Below are positions 1 through 9,276 of a DNA stretch of 64,000 nucleotides, one piece after another; position 1 is the first letter of the stretch; each line of letters opens with the position of its first letter. The notes under the pieces are model-generated. The model was not told the origin of the DNA, did no database searches, and saw nothing but the letters and a program-made list of their open reading frames with translations. The position numbers and the translations under genes were made by a program. Source of the DNA: Terriglobia bacterium (lineage in GTDB: Bacteria > Acidobacteriota > Terriglobia > JAJPHL01 > JAPKYU01). Location of the stretch: contig CBDBKE010000003.1 of the NCBI GenBank assembly GCA_965206645.1, positions 64,001-128,000 of the forward strand, in the 5' to 3' direction.

Positions 1-1305
1 CGACGGCAATTTTGGTCGCGGTTTTGCGATGTGCCAGAGATCACTGTTGACACGGCAGCGATCGTGCGCGATTGGCGATTTGCACGTGAAGCCGTCGCGG
101 CGGCGCTGACTGGGAAGAAAGCCGCACCGCTGGAGCGCATGACGCTCGCGCAGGGGGCGCGGGATGCCGTCGCGGCATATGAAGCGCACCGGCATGGGAT
201 CGCGGAGCTTAGCGCTGCTCTTCAGCACGCAAACGCGGCGATCCGGGTGACCAAGGAACAGGCGGCAGCGGGCAACCCGGCGGCGATCGCCGCCGATCTC
301 TCGCGGCTCAAGGCCGTGAAGGCGCGGCACTCTGTTAGGATCGCGGCACTTTGCCATAGCTATCTGGCTGAGAAGGCCGCCAAGACGGAAACGGAGCAGC
401 AGCGGGACCAAACCCGAGCCACGCTCGACCAGCACAGAACGACCGTGTTCGCTGGCTACGAGACCGCAGTGAATCTGTACCTGCGGCGATTCAACGCGGG
501 CTTCCGGCTGGGCAGCGTGACTTACGCGCAGACAAGGGGGGGGGCGAGTTGCACCTATAATGTGGTCATCAACAACACGGCTGTGGCCGTGGGGGCGGTA
601 GCACCGCCGGGGGAGCCTTCGTTCCGCAACACCCTGAGCTCGGGAGATCGCAAGGCGCTCGCCCTTGCATTCTTCTTCGCGTCTCTTGACCAGGACCCTG
701 CGCTGGGCAACAAGGTTGTAGCGATCGATGACCCGATATCGAGCCTCGACGACCATCGCTCCTTGACCACGGTACAAGAGATACGACGCCTTGCGGAGCG
801 GGCTGACCAAGTGGTTGTGCTCTCTCACAACAAGCTGTTCCTATGCCGCATCTGGGAGGGGACCGATCATACGATCCGCGCCGCACTCCAGGTGGTGCGC
901 GACGGAGCGGGATCGACCATGCACTCGTGGAATGTCGACCAGGACTGCGTCACCGAACATGATCGGCGCCACGCGATGTTGCGCGAGTACCTTGCCGGCG
1001 GCACACCCAACAATCGCGAAATCGCGAAGGCCATCCGTCCTTTGCTGGAAGCGTTTCTCCGCGTGGCATGCCCGGAGTATTTCCCTCCAGGAAGGCTACT
1101 TGGCCCGTTCTGTAATCTGTGCTCCCACCGAGTCGGCACGCCGCAGCAGATTCTGGATGCACAGGCCACTCAGGAGCTACGTGACCTAATCGAGTACGCG
1201 AATAGATTTCATCACGACACGAACGCGGCTTGGGAGACGGAGCAAATTAACGACACCGAACTTCAGGGCTTCGTACGGCGAGCGCTTAACTTTGCGAAAC
1301 CGTAA
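1..1305 (+). CDS. AAA_13/RloC-like ABC ATPase with C-terminal HEPN-like domain (5' partial); probable defence anticodon-nuclease-type protein
   Basis: Frame is open from base 1. Coiled coil, then ABC signature LSSGDR, Walker B VVAIDDPISSLD and H-loop LSHN, then HEPN-like IRPLLEAF...NRFHH. Confidence 0.75.
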   Translation, partial: RRQFWSRFCDVPEITVDTAAIVRDWRFAREAVAAALTGKKAAPLERMTLAQGARDAVAAYEAHRHGIAELSAALQHANAAIRVTKEQAAAGNPAAIAADLSRLKAVKARHSVRIAALCHSYLAEKAAKTETEQQRDQTRATLDQHRTTVFAGYETAVNLYLRRFNAGFRLGSVTYAQTRGGASCTYNVVINNTAVAVGAVAPPGEPSFRNTLSSGDRKALALAFFFASLDQDPALGNKVVAIDDPISSLDDHRSLTTVQEIRRLAERADQVVVLSHNKLFLCRIWEGTDHTIRAALQVVRDGAGSTMHSWNVDQDCVTEHDRRHAMLREYLAGGTPNNREIAKAIRPLLEAFLRVACPEYFPPGRLLGPFCNLCSHRVGTPQQILDAQATQELRDLIEYANRFHHDTNAAWETEQINDTELQGFVRRALNFAKP

Positions 1306-1468
1306 GGTTATGAGAGCAGGTCGCGTCACAGAATTCATGCTCGGAAGAAGGTGCGCGATTCGCCTGTGATGTTCGCGGATCGGCCCAATCTTGTCGGCAA
1401 GAGTTCAGGAACGCGGTCTCCAGTGGAAGGTCTGCCCACTTGGCCGTAAAACGCCCATCCCGTCCTTT

Positions 1469-2748
1469 TGACCTGCCGGCTTTCTTCGGACCACCGATTA
1501 CTGGAGAACAGCGCCAGTCGGCATGGTTAAGTCGCTCTCGTGTTCTTCTTGGTCAGCGTGAGCCGGCATCGCCGGCGAGCGCCTACCGTCATCCGAGCCA
1601 GCAGGGAGCTGCGCTTTGAACTCGGCTGGCGTCAGATAGCCAAGGCTCGAGTGCGGTCGCACGTCGTTGTAGTGCCGTCGCCATTGCTCGATCCCCACCT
1701 TCGCGTCCACGCGGTTCCGAAACCACTGCAGGCTCAGATACTCGTCGCGGAACTTCCCGTTGAACGATTCGTCGGTCGCATTCTGCCACGGCTTCCCCGG
1801 CTCGATGAGCGCGGTTTCGATCTGCGCCTGGAGCAGCCACCGGAGAATCGCACCCGCGACAAACTCGGGGCCGTTGTCGGACCGGAGGTAACGTGGGGCT
1901 CCGTGGAGGCTCACGAGCTGCGTGAGCACCTCGATAACGCGCCCGGACCGAATGCCGCCGGCCACGTCGATCGCGAGTGACTCGCGGGTCCATTCGTCGA
2001 CGACGGTGAGGCACTTGAGCGTCTGCCCATTCGCGCAGGTGTCGAACACGAAGTCGTACGCCCAGACGTGATTGACCGCAGTGGCGGGCACCGGGCGGGG
2101 CCGGCTCAGGGCGACCCGGCGCCGCGGCCGCCGCCGAGGCACCTGCAACCCCGCCTGGCGCCAGAGGCGATGGGTCCGGTCCGTGCTCATCGTGTGCCCT
2201 TCGCGTTTTAGGAAAATCCGAATCCGGCGATAGCCGTACCGCGGATACTGCGCCGCCAGACGACGCATCGCGGCCAGCGCCGGGGCATCCCGGTCGACCA
2301 GCCGCGACTGGTAGCCCAGCGTGGACCGTGCGACGGAGAGCAAGGCGCACGCGCGGCGACCCGACAGACCGCGTGCACGTGCATACGCGACCTGCGGCCG
2401 GCGCACGCGTGCGCCTACCATTTTTTTCGGGTGATCTCCTTGAGCACGTCGATCTCCAGATCCCGATCGGCCACCATCTTTTTCAGCCGGCCGTTCTCCT
2501 GCTCGAGCTGCCGCAGCCGCTTCACATCGGCGGGCTCCAACGTGCCGAAGTGTTTCCGCCAGGCGTAGAGCGTCTGGGCGCTGACGCCGTTCTTTTTGGC
2601 CACCTCCGGAACGGGCCGCTGATCGGCCTCGCGGAGGATCGTCACCATCTGCTCTTCGGTAAACCGGGTCTTCTTCATGGCTCCCTCGTTTCTCCGAGGG
2701 CGCCATTCTCTCAGGCTTCAGCTGGTCCGGAAATCGCCAGGCAGGTCA
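1469..2748 (-). mobile_element. IS3-family element (1280 bp), copy 1; orfA 2415-2678, orfB to 1498 via -1 frameshift
   Basis: TG...CA ends with imperfect IRs (TGACCTGCCGGCTTTCTTCGGACCA / TGGTCCGGAAATCGCCAGGCAGGTCA). DDE motifs WAYDF, SDNGPEF, ESFNG. A7 slippery site. No target-site duplication (CTTT/ACCC). Confidence 0.95.
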
Positions 2749-3062
2749 ACCCCATATTGGCCGCTTCGGCTGCACCTGTTGTCACCCGCGTTGCGGCTGC
2801 TTTACCGCCATCCTGTCACTCTCGCCCGGCCTAACCATCGGCTTTCGGTTGTTTGCCCTTCTCCGCTTCCCGTCACCCTCTACGGCCCGCTACGCTGCAT
2901 CCCTTCCGCCAGATGCGGCGCCTGTCAGTCGGGTTGCTTGCCGCTTCGCTGGACCGCGCTGGGAGACGGGGGCGCTGATCCTCCCGGCCAGGGTTCATCC
3001 ATTCCCGCCTGTATGGGTGAGCGGAAATGCTCTAAACCCTAACCTCGAAGGAGAAAAAACAC

Positions 3063-3314
3063 ATGGCAAACCACAGGCCAATTAATGAAATCCGGATCGG
3101 GCGAATCAAGGCAACAATATGGCTCAACGGCACCGAAGATCAGCCGCGCCACAACGTCTCTTTCGGTCGAGTCTACAAAGACGGCGAGACCTGGAAGACC
3201 ACGCACAGCTTCGGGCGCAATGACCTGTTGGTGCTTGCGAAAGTTGCCGACGTGGCTCACACGCTCATCTTGGAGATGGAGAACAAAGACACCGAAACCG
3301 GTGCCGGGTTCTAG
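3063..3314 (+). CDS. Small PC4/Whirly-like putative ssDNA-binding protein typical of mobile elements
   Basis: GAAGGAG RBS. Pattern EIRIGRIKATIWxN...NVSFGRVYKDGETWKTTHSFGRNDLLVLAKV. Followed by a hairpin. Confidence 0.6.
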   Translation: MANHRPINEIRIGRIKATIWLNGTEDQPRHNVSFGRVYKDGETWKTTHSFGRNDLLVLAKVADVAHTLILEMENKDTETGAGF

Positions 3315-3324
3315 TAACCTTCCG

Positions 3325-3350
3325 GGGACGGCGGGGATTCCCGCCGTCCC
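3325..3350 (+). terminator. GC-rich hairpin downstream of the small SSB-like gene
   Basis: GGGACGGCGGG-GATT-CCCGCCGTCCC, perfect 11-bp stem; weak U-tract. Confidence 0.5.
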
Positions 3351-3884
3351 TTACGGGAGGAAAAATATATGAACCAGAAACCTATCCTCAAAACAAACCA
3401 TCTAGGCCGCGATCATGGGCTACTTGCGGGAGCTAGTTGTGCTTCCCGGCTGGCCGCAGTATTGCGACCCCCGGAGAGTTCTGTATCGTCTGGCAGACAA
3501 TGCCCCGGCATCCGGTGGGATGGCGCGCCGGGAGAAGAGCTAGTTTATCGCCTGTATTCCCGTTGCCGGTCCGGAGCCGGTAGAGGTGGACTACCACGAG
3601 GCGTTAACTCAGGTTTGCCAAGGGTTTGGATAACTTCTCTCATATCAACAGCCTACGTTGTCGAGAATCCGCGTAAGGCACTACAAACGCGCGGCAACCG
3701 TTTTTTCTCGGGCTCAAACGATCATCTTCCTCGTCCCGCCGGCCGCTCCCCTCCCACAATGCCCATAAATCAATCACTTACGATGACAAAATCCGGCACT
3801 TGGGGCCAAATTACCCACGATCTTGGTAAAGATGGGTTAAACTGATCGTCAATAAAGCCAGACAGCGAGGACTGGGCTTTCACC

Positions 3885-4337
3885 ATGTTGAACTCTCAGG
3901 AGTCAACGCAAGGAATGAGGATGGCGTTCTATCGATTGTTTTTGTACGTCCCGGAAGAATCATGCTTCGCGTTTCGGATTCGCCTCTGTCCTGATCGGGA
4001 GCAGCTTGGCACTGTTGCGGCACCAACCGCCGTCATTTCGCTATCGAGTGACGAGGCGCTGAGCCTCTGTCTCGCCGAACTCGGCGTCACAGGCTATTCC
4101 CGATTTCGTGACGATACGCTCGCCGGGCCGCGTTTCGACTACATCCAGAACACACCGGAGGATATTGTTGCCGCTATCAGAGCAAAGCCGTTCTCAAGCG
4201 TCAGTCATGTAACCTTAATCGCGAAAGACACACCGCCCAGTGAGATGCGCCGTCGCCTCGACTCCCTACGCGAGAAGATACCCGACACCGTTGAAATCGT
4301 TGAGCCCGCTGAGACAAGTTCGGTTAGGCTCTTATGA
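3885..4337 (+). CDS. Hypothetical protein
   Basis: 150-aa ORF with normal composition; no recognised motif. Confidence 0.45.
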   Translation: MLNSQESTQGMRMAFYRLFLYVPEESCFAFRIRLCPDREQLGTVAAPTAVISLSSDEALSLCLAELGVTGYSRFRDDTLAGPRFDYIQNTPEDIVAAIRAKPFSSVSHVTLIAKDTPPSEMRRRLDSLREKIPDTVEIVEPAETSSVRLL

Positions 4338-4494
4338 AAGGGGATTATAAAGAACGCTTGACGAGGATGGAATCAGCTATGACTTCGCCCAAAAAGCGCG
4401 TAGAGCTTGCAAGGAGCTGACGGCGTGAGTGCAACGAAGTTCTTGTTGGGAAAGAGTCTCGGAAGGATACTACTAAATCGGAGAGAAACCCTAA

Positions 4495-4536
4495 TTATCG
4501 GGTTTCAATTGGAAAGTCGGGGCGTCCTGTTTCCAT
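4495..4536 (-). CDS. Putative micropeptide METGRPDFPIETR
   Basis: AAGGAGGT 6 nt before ATG; TAA stop; paralogous to the next two ORFs. Confidence 0.55.
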   Translation of the reverse strand: METGRPDFPIETR

Positions 4537-4691
4537 TCCATCACCTCCTTTTTTAGTTGTACCCAGGGGGTCGTGTAGCCCTCTGAGCCAGCCTTCCGAG
4601 ACTCATTCCCTACAAGACTGCACCTACCATGATCCGTTGTTCTTGTAGGGGAGAGACCCCGAAAGGATACTAAATGGGGGAGAAACTTTAA

Positions 4692-4736
4692 TTATCGGGT
4701 TTCAATCGTAAAGTTTGCGTATTCCGGTTCGTGCAT
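4692..4736 (-). CDS. Putative micropeptide MHEPEYANFTIETR
   Basis: AAGGAGGT 6 nt before ATG; TAA stop. Confidence 0.55.
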   Translation of the reverse strand: MHEPEYANFTIETR

Positions 4737-4899
4737 TTCCGTACCTCCTTTTTAGTTGTACTCAGGTCGTTCTGTCCGGCCTGAGCCAAGCTTTCGGGGT
4801 CTCTCCCTTGCAAGACTGTACGATACTCTGATCTATTATTGTTCTTGTAGGGAAAGAGTTCGGGAAGGGATTCTGAATTGGAGAGAAACTCACATTTAC

Positions 4900-4938
4900 T
4901 TATCGGGTTTCAATTGGACAGTTAGGTCGTGGTTCCAT
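4900..4938 (-). CDS. Putative micropeptide MEPRPNCPIETR
   Basis: AAGGAGGT 7 nt before ATG; TAA stop; alternative in-frame ATG at 4944. Confidence 0.55.
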   Translation of the reverse strand: MEPRPNCPIETR

Positions 4939-5018
4939 TTCCATCACCTCCTTTTGTAGAGTACTCGGGTCTTATTCACCCGAGTCATACTTTCGAGGTC
5001 TCTCCACTACAAGATCGC

Positions 5019-5024
5019 ATTATA
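5019..5024 (-). promoter_or_regulatory. Candidate -10 box (TATAAT) reading into the hairpin/micropeptide array
   Basis: Perfect TATAAT 4 nt outside the arm of unit 3. TATCGT lies at the same offset outside unit 2. No clear -35. Confidence 0.4.
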
Positions 5025-5147
5025 TCGGCTATCCAATTTATACCTTGCCGTTAGCGAGCTGTCTGCATTAGGCTGAAGCCTGCTGCAACGAGTCCGCTGA
5101 GTGCTTAAACGCCCAGTGGCCTTAATTTAATAAGGACGATTAATGCC

Positions 5148-5678
5148 ATGCAACGTGAGAATCTGAAGGGAGTCTTGCCGGTAGTCTCGCTGTTACTTTT
5201 TTTGGGTGTGTTGGGATATCTAACCAGAGACCCTTCGGCAAGAGTCCGGCAGCAGTCTACCCAAGAGGAACGAGCCTATCAAGAGAAGTTGAAAGCGATT
5301 CAGGAGCAAGTGCAAGCTCGCGTAAAGAAATACGGGGAACAGCATGAAGCTGAAGAAGCGGCGAAACGGAAGGCTGAAATACGTCGTCGTTTGGAACTGA
5401 TGAATGCCGATCTTTCGGGTATATGGAATACGGGTGTTGGGTGGGCGTACATGTACCCGAATGGAAAGGTAACACTGTACAGTCGTGATTGCACCGTGAA
5501 ACGACAAGCCACATGGAAGTATGAGTACGGGGCTCTGACAATACACCAGAGGCATCTGAACAGGAACTTTCAAATCTCTTTTGCAAACGTCATAGGGTTC
5601 GAGGGGGTTGGCTTGACTTTTGATACGGGTGGGGAATGGATTCGCCTTAGCAAGAAAATGGACGAACGGCTCTGTTGA
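5148..5678 (+). CDS. Hypothetical membrane-anchored protein (N-terminal TM, coiled coil, beta-rich C-terminal domain)
   Basis: Hydrophobic VLPVVSLLLFLGVLGYL; AAGGA RBS. Confidence 0.65.
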   Translation: MQRENLKGVLPVVSLLLFLGVLGYLTRDPSARVRQQSTQEERAYQEKLKAIQEQVQARVKKYGEQHEAEEAAKRKAEIRRRLELMNADLSGIWNTGVGWAYMYPNGKVTLYSRDCTVKRQATWKYEYGALTIHQRHLNRNFQISFANVIGFEGVGLTFDTGGEWIRLSKKMDERLC

Positions 5679-5727
5679 GGCTAGATCTTATTTCCGACAT
5701 TAGGAATTATTTAAACAGGGAGGCGTA

Positions 5728-6051
5728 ATGTCACAAGACGAACGAGATGCCATCATTGGAAAGACTGGTCGACTGTACCAGGCGGAAACGAAAAGGCGGG
5801 CTTGCCTGAAGACGAAGATATCCTCTATAGCTGACGCTCTTAAAATCGTTCAGGAGGCGCTTGACGGCTGCTTCGACTCCGATTCCGATTATGAGTATTC
5901 TGATAAGAAGAGGCTCATCCAGCGCCGTTACGGTGGTCGGCAAGTTGAGTTACCGGCAAGCGAGGAGTTACACCAGGTGTTTCTCGACGTTGCCGCTACA
6001 GAACGTAGGATCGAGGAGCTTAGGCAGCACCCGAGAAAACGGTTCCGATAG
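5728..6051 (+). CDS. Hypothetical helical protein
   Basis: GGGAGG RBS; 107-aa ORF. Confidence 0.6.
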   Translation: MSQDERDAIIGKTGRLYQAETKRRACLKTKISSIADALKIVQEALDGCFDSDSDYEYSDKKRLIQRRYGGRQVELPASEELHQVFLDVAATERRIEELRQHPRKRFR

Positions 6052-6334
6052 CCCCCAGGAATGGAGAGGTGTCTGAAAAAGCTGGTTCTGGAAGCCGAGC
6101 GACGGGCTTTCAGGACCCGGCGAGGACCGCTCGGAGCCCCCAGAGAGAAGAACTGTGCTGGAAGGGCTCAGTTGGAGGCCAATGGTTGTATACTCACGAG
6201 TGCCGGAGGGCCAAAAAACTAATTCCGGCTGAATGAAGTGGATACCCCATTCGCGTGATATAATGGAGCCGGTTTCTATGCCTGCTTCGCTTTTGCGTTT
6301 TGTCAAGACCTGAGCCGAAACCGGACATAGTTCT

Positions 6335-6622
6335 ATGAAGACTGGGCTCATCGGTTTCGCCGTCCGACTGCTCGCCGCGGCTGCGGTCTTTGCATTCTGT
6401 GTCATTACTACGGCCGCAGCAACACCCGGTCTGTTCCACGGTGACGATCTGGACCACTGTTGTGAGTTCTGTCACCTCGGTCACCTCCCCATACTGAAGC
6501 CGGGCGTGGGCGTCACCTATCAGCCGCCGCCGAGATTGGCTGTCCCATTCCGATTCCAAGCCGCTCCGCAGGAGAGCCATTTCTCGCTGAGCGTCCACCA
6601 CTCCCGCGCTCCCCCTGCGTAG
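6335..6622 (+). CDS. DUF2946/CruR/CutF-like leader protein (signal sequence, CxxC, C-terminal RAPP)
   Basis: Hydrophobic N-terminus, DHCCEFCH, ends HHSRAPPA-stop; directly upstream of a TonB-dependent receptor. Confidence 0.8.
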   Translation: MKTGLIGFAVRLLAAAAVFAFCVITTAAATPGLFHGDDLDHCCEFCHLGHLPILKPGVGVTYQPPPRLAVPFRFQAAPQESHFSLSVHHSRAPPA

Positions 6623-6842
6623 ACTCTCCTCACCCAATCTCAAGGGTCGCTTGAAAGTTAGGGGGCCTTTGTCGTAACCAGATTGCCGCTCCAGAGGCTA
6701 TCCGGGCGCTGGCACACTGCCAGTTCCGGTAACACGGGAAGGGCCGCCGTGTTGACTTAAGCGAAGTCGATCAGCTGCCGCCTTGCGATATGGGTCTAAG
6801 CGTTCTTCAACATGAACAAATTCGCAAAAGAGAAGCTCTACC

Positions 6843-9239
6843 ATGCTATTGAATACTATCGCGCGTTGCTTCTTTCTGTCCGCCCTGCTGATGTTGGTTG
6901 CCTTAAAGGCCTGGGGTCAGCAGAGTGGGCAGATCTCAGGGAAGGTCTCGATGAAGGAGACGGGCGGACCGCTCCACGGGGCGCGCGTCTTGATTGTTGA
7001 GCTGGGACGAAGCACGCTCAGCGATGACGATGGCTCGTACGAATTCAATCGCGTCCCCCCAGGCAATTATCACGTGGTCGCCCATCTGGAAGGTATCTTC
7101 ACCGAAGCAGCCAGTGTTGTAAGCGTTGCAGAGGGGGGCAAAACGACCGTCGATTTCCTTCTGAAGCTGGCGACGCTACGAGATACGATCACTGTCACGG
7201 CTGGCGAGAAAAGTGAGCCCGTTTTCGAAGCGTTTCAGAATGTCGAATCGATAGGAGCGTTGGAACTTGCGAGAACCCCTGATGTCTCCCTCGGCGAGAT
7301 GCTTGACCATAGGGTCGGGACTGGGATCGCGAAGCGCAGTTTCGGACCGGCAGCGGCCAGGCCGATCATCCGCGGATTTGACGGCGACCGTGTGCTCATC
7401 ATGGAAGATGGCATTCGGACCGGGACGTTGTCATCGCAATCGGGAGACCACGGCGAACTCATCAACACCGCCCAACTCGAACGGCTGGAGATCGTCAAGG
7501 GCCCGGCCACACTTCTGTACAGCGGCAACGCCATGGGCGGCACCGTGAATGCTGTGAGTCGACACCATGATATGCACAGCCACGCGCATCAGGGATTGCG
7601 GGGTTTCCTCCTGGGTTCCGGAGGGTCCAACAATAGCCTGGGTGGCGCAAGCGCCGGTTTTGAATACGGTGTCGGGAAATGGATGATCTGGGGACAAAGC
7701 GGCGGCGTACGCAGCAGCGACTACACTGCGCCGGATCAGGGCGAGATCTACAACAGCCGTTCCCGCACAACCAATGGCGGTGGGGGATTTGGCTGGTATG
7801 GCAGCAAGACATTCTTCAGCCTTGAGGCCCGGTACGCCGAGGGTTCCTACGGCGTGCCATTCGTTGCGGATTTCCATGGTCGCCATGATGACGAGCACGA
7901 CGAAGATCATGGGGGGGTGGACGAAGATGAAGAACATGACAAGGATGAGAACGGACATGAGGAAGAGGAGGAACTCGATCGCGTTTCGCTAGACTCCGCT
8001 CGTACGCACTTTCGCTTCAACTGGGGCCTGAGAGATCTCGGCGCGGCCATCAACAGCTTCACATTGAAGCTGGGCTACACCGACTGGATACACGACGAGG
8101 TCGAGTTCTTCGAGGACGGCAATTTCGAAGTCGGCACGACGTTTAGCCAGCAGCAGGTCATCTACAGGGGGGTCTTTGAGCAAGGCCATGTCGGTAAGTG
8201 GAGCGGCCGTTTCGGTTTCTGGGGAATTGATCGCGATTACGAGGCTGTGGGCGAGGAAGCCCTTTCGCCGCCGGTCAGCCAATCCGGCTTTGCGGTCTTT
8301 GCTCTGGAAGAAGTGGACTTTGAAACGGTGAAGTTTCAGTTCGGCGGCAGGCTGGAAACCCAAAAGTACACGCCGGCATTCGCAGAACGTGAAATGGACG
8401 AAGGGGGGGATCATCACGAAGAAGAGGGTCATGACGAAGAAGAGGGGGAACAGTACGAGCCGCCAGATGCGATTCAGCGGACTCTGACAGGAGTCTCAAT
8501 ATCTGCGGGTCTTCACGCCAATACGTGGAAGGACGGTGCGCTCGTGATGAACTACGCACACTCGTATCGCGCGCCGGCTCTGGAAGAGCTCTACAATTTT
8601 GGACCGCACGCAGGCACACTGTCGTTTGAAATCGGTGATCCGCAGCTCGAAGCGGAAACGGGCAACGGCGTGGACCTCTCCCTTCGCCACAAAGGCGGCC
8701 TTATACGAGGAGAGCTCAACCTTTTCTACTACGATTTCGACAATTTTATCTTTCCTTTCGCACCCGGCGGGGAGGAAGATGGGCTGCCAGTGATCGAGTT
8801 CACCCAGCGCGACGCACGATTCATGGGAACCGAAGCCGGTCTGGATGTCTCCATTCACCCCAACCTATGGCTGAATCTGGGTGCGGACTTTGTCGATGCG
8901 CAAGAAACCAACCTGAACACTCCTCTGCCCCGCATACCACCGTTGCGGGGCAAGATCGGTTTCGATGTCGACTACAGCGGCTTCCGCTTCACACCGCAAC
9001 TGATCCTCGCGAGCCAGCAGCATCAGACCTATACCAGAGAAACACGCACTCCCGGCTATGCCGTTGTAAACCTGAAGGCTTCCTATACGATTGTTCGGCA
9101 GCACTTGGTGCATCAATTCTCTGTGAATGTCTTCAACATCGGCGACCGCCTTTACCGCAACCACTCGTCGTTCATCAAAGACCTCGCGCCGGAAATTGGC
9201 CGTGGTGTGCGGTTCACCTACACCATGCGTTTCTTCTAG
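6843..9239 (+). CDS. TonB-dependent receptor with His/Glu-rich loops (ZnuD-like metal uptake)
   Basis: CarboxypepD-like N-domain. Plug RPIIRGFDGDRV and LEIVKGPATLLYSGNAMGG. Two H/E/D-rich loops. C-terminal F. Confidence 0.9.
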   Translation: MLLNTIARCFFLSALLMLVALKAWGQQSGQISGKVSMKETGGPLHGARVLIVELGRSTLSDDDGSYEFNRVPPGNYHVVAHLEGIFTEAASVVSVAEGGKTTVDFLLKLATLRDTITVTAGEKSEPVFEAFQNVESIGALELARTPDVSLGEMLDHRVGTGIAKRSFGPAAARPIIRGFDGDRVLIMEDGIRTGTLSSQSGDHGELINTAQLERLEIVKGPATLLYSGNAMGGTVNAVSRHHDMHSHAHQGLRGFLLGSGGSNNSLGGASAGFEYGVGKWMIWGQSGGVRSSDYTAPDQGEIYNSRSRTTNGGGGFGWYGSKTFFSLEARYAEGSYGVPFVADFHGRHDDEHDEDHGGVDEDEEHDKDENGHEEEEELDRVSLDSARTHFRFNWGLRDLGAAINSFTLKLGYTDWIHDEVEFFEDGNFEVGTTFSQQQVIYRGVFEQGHVGKWSGRFGFWGIDRDYEAVGEEALSPPVSQSGFAVFALEEVDFETVKFQFGGRLETQKYTPAFAEREMDEGGDHHEEEGHDEEEGEQYEPPDAIQRTLTGVSISAGLHANTWKDGALVMNYAHSYRAPALEELYNFGPHAGTLSFEIGDPQLEAETGNGVDLSLRHKGGLIRGELNLFYYDFDNFIFPFAPGGEEDGLPVIEFTQRDARFMGTEAGLDVSIHPNLWLNLGADFVDAQETNLNTPLPRIPPLRGKIGFDVDYSGFRFTPQLILASQQHQTYTRETRTPGYAVVNLKASYTIVRQHLVHQFSVNVFNIGDRLYRNHSSFIKDLAPEIGRGVRFTYTMRFF

Positions 9240-9276
9240 AGGCGCACCCGATCCTGACTGACCGGCGAGACTGTGG

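Larger units (their letters stand above)
4441..5014. repeat. Tandem array of three ~175-nt structured units (4441-4617, 4641-4815, 4843-5014)
   Basis: Each unit is bounded by TCTTGT...CAAGA long inverted arms. Units share TTATCGGGTTTCAAT and ACCTCCTTTT cores. Period is ~200 bp. Confidence 0.9.

Noticed and set aside
1498-2706. 402-aa single ORF as the IS3 transposase (also 32796-34004)
   Set aside because: Its N-terminus is an alternate frame of orfA. The real product is the OrfAB fusion made at the A7 frameshift site.
3369-3845. 158-aa ORF and a possible att site near IHF-like AATCAATCACTTA (~3768)
   Set aside because: The ORF composition is not protein-like, and no partner direct repeat, tRNA or integrase was found.
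4756-4959. 67-aa plus-strand ORF across the array
   Set aside because: No RBS, crosses unit boundaries, and is not repeated in the other units.
4441-5014. CRISPR array, retron msr-msd or integron attC interpretation of the triple repeat
   Set aside because: Units are ~200 bp and homologous throughout, with no unique spacers. There is no cas, reverse transcriptase or integron integrase in the window, and no RYYYAAC/GTTRRRY cores.
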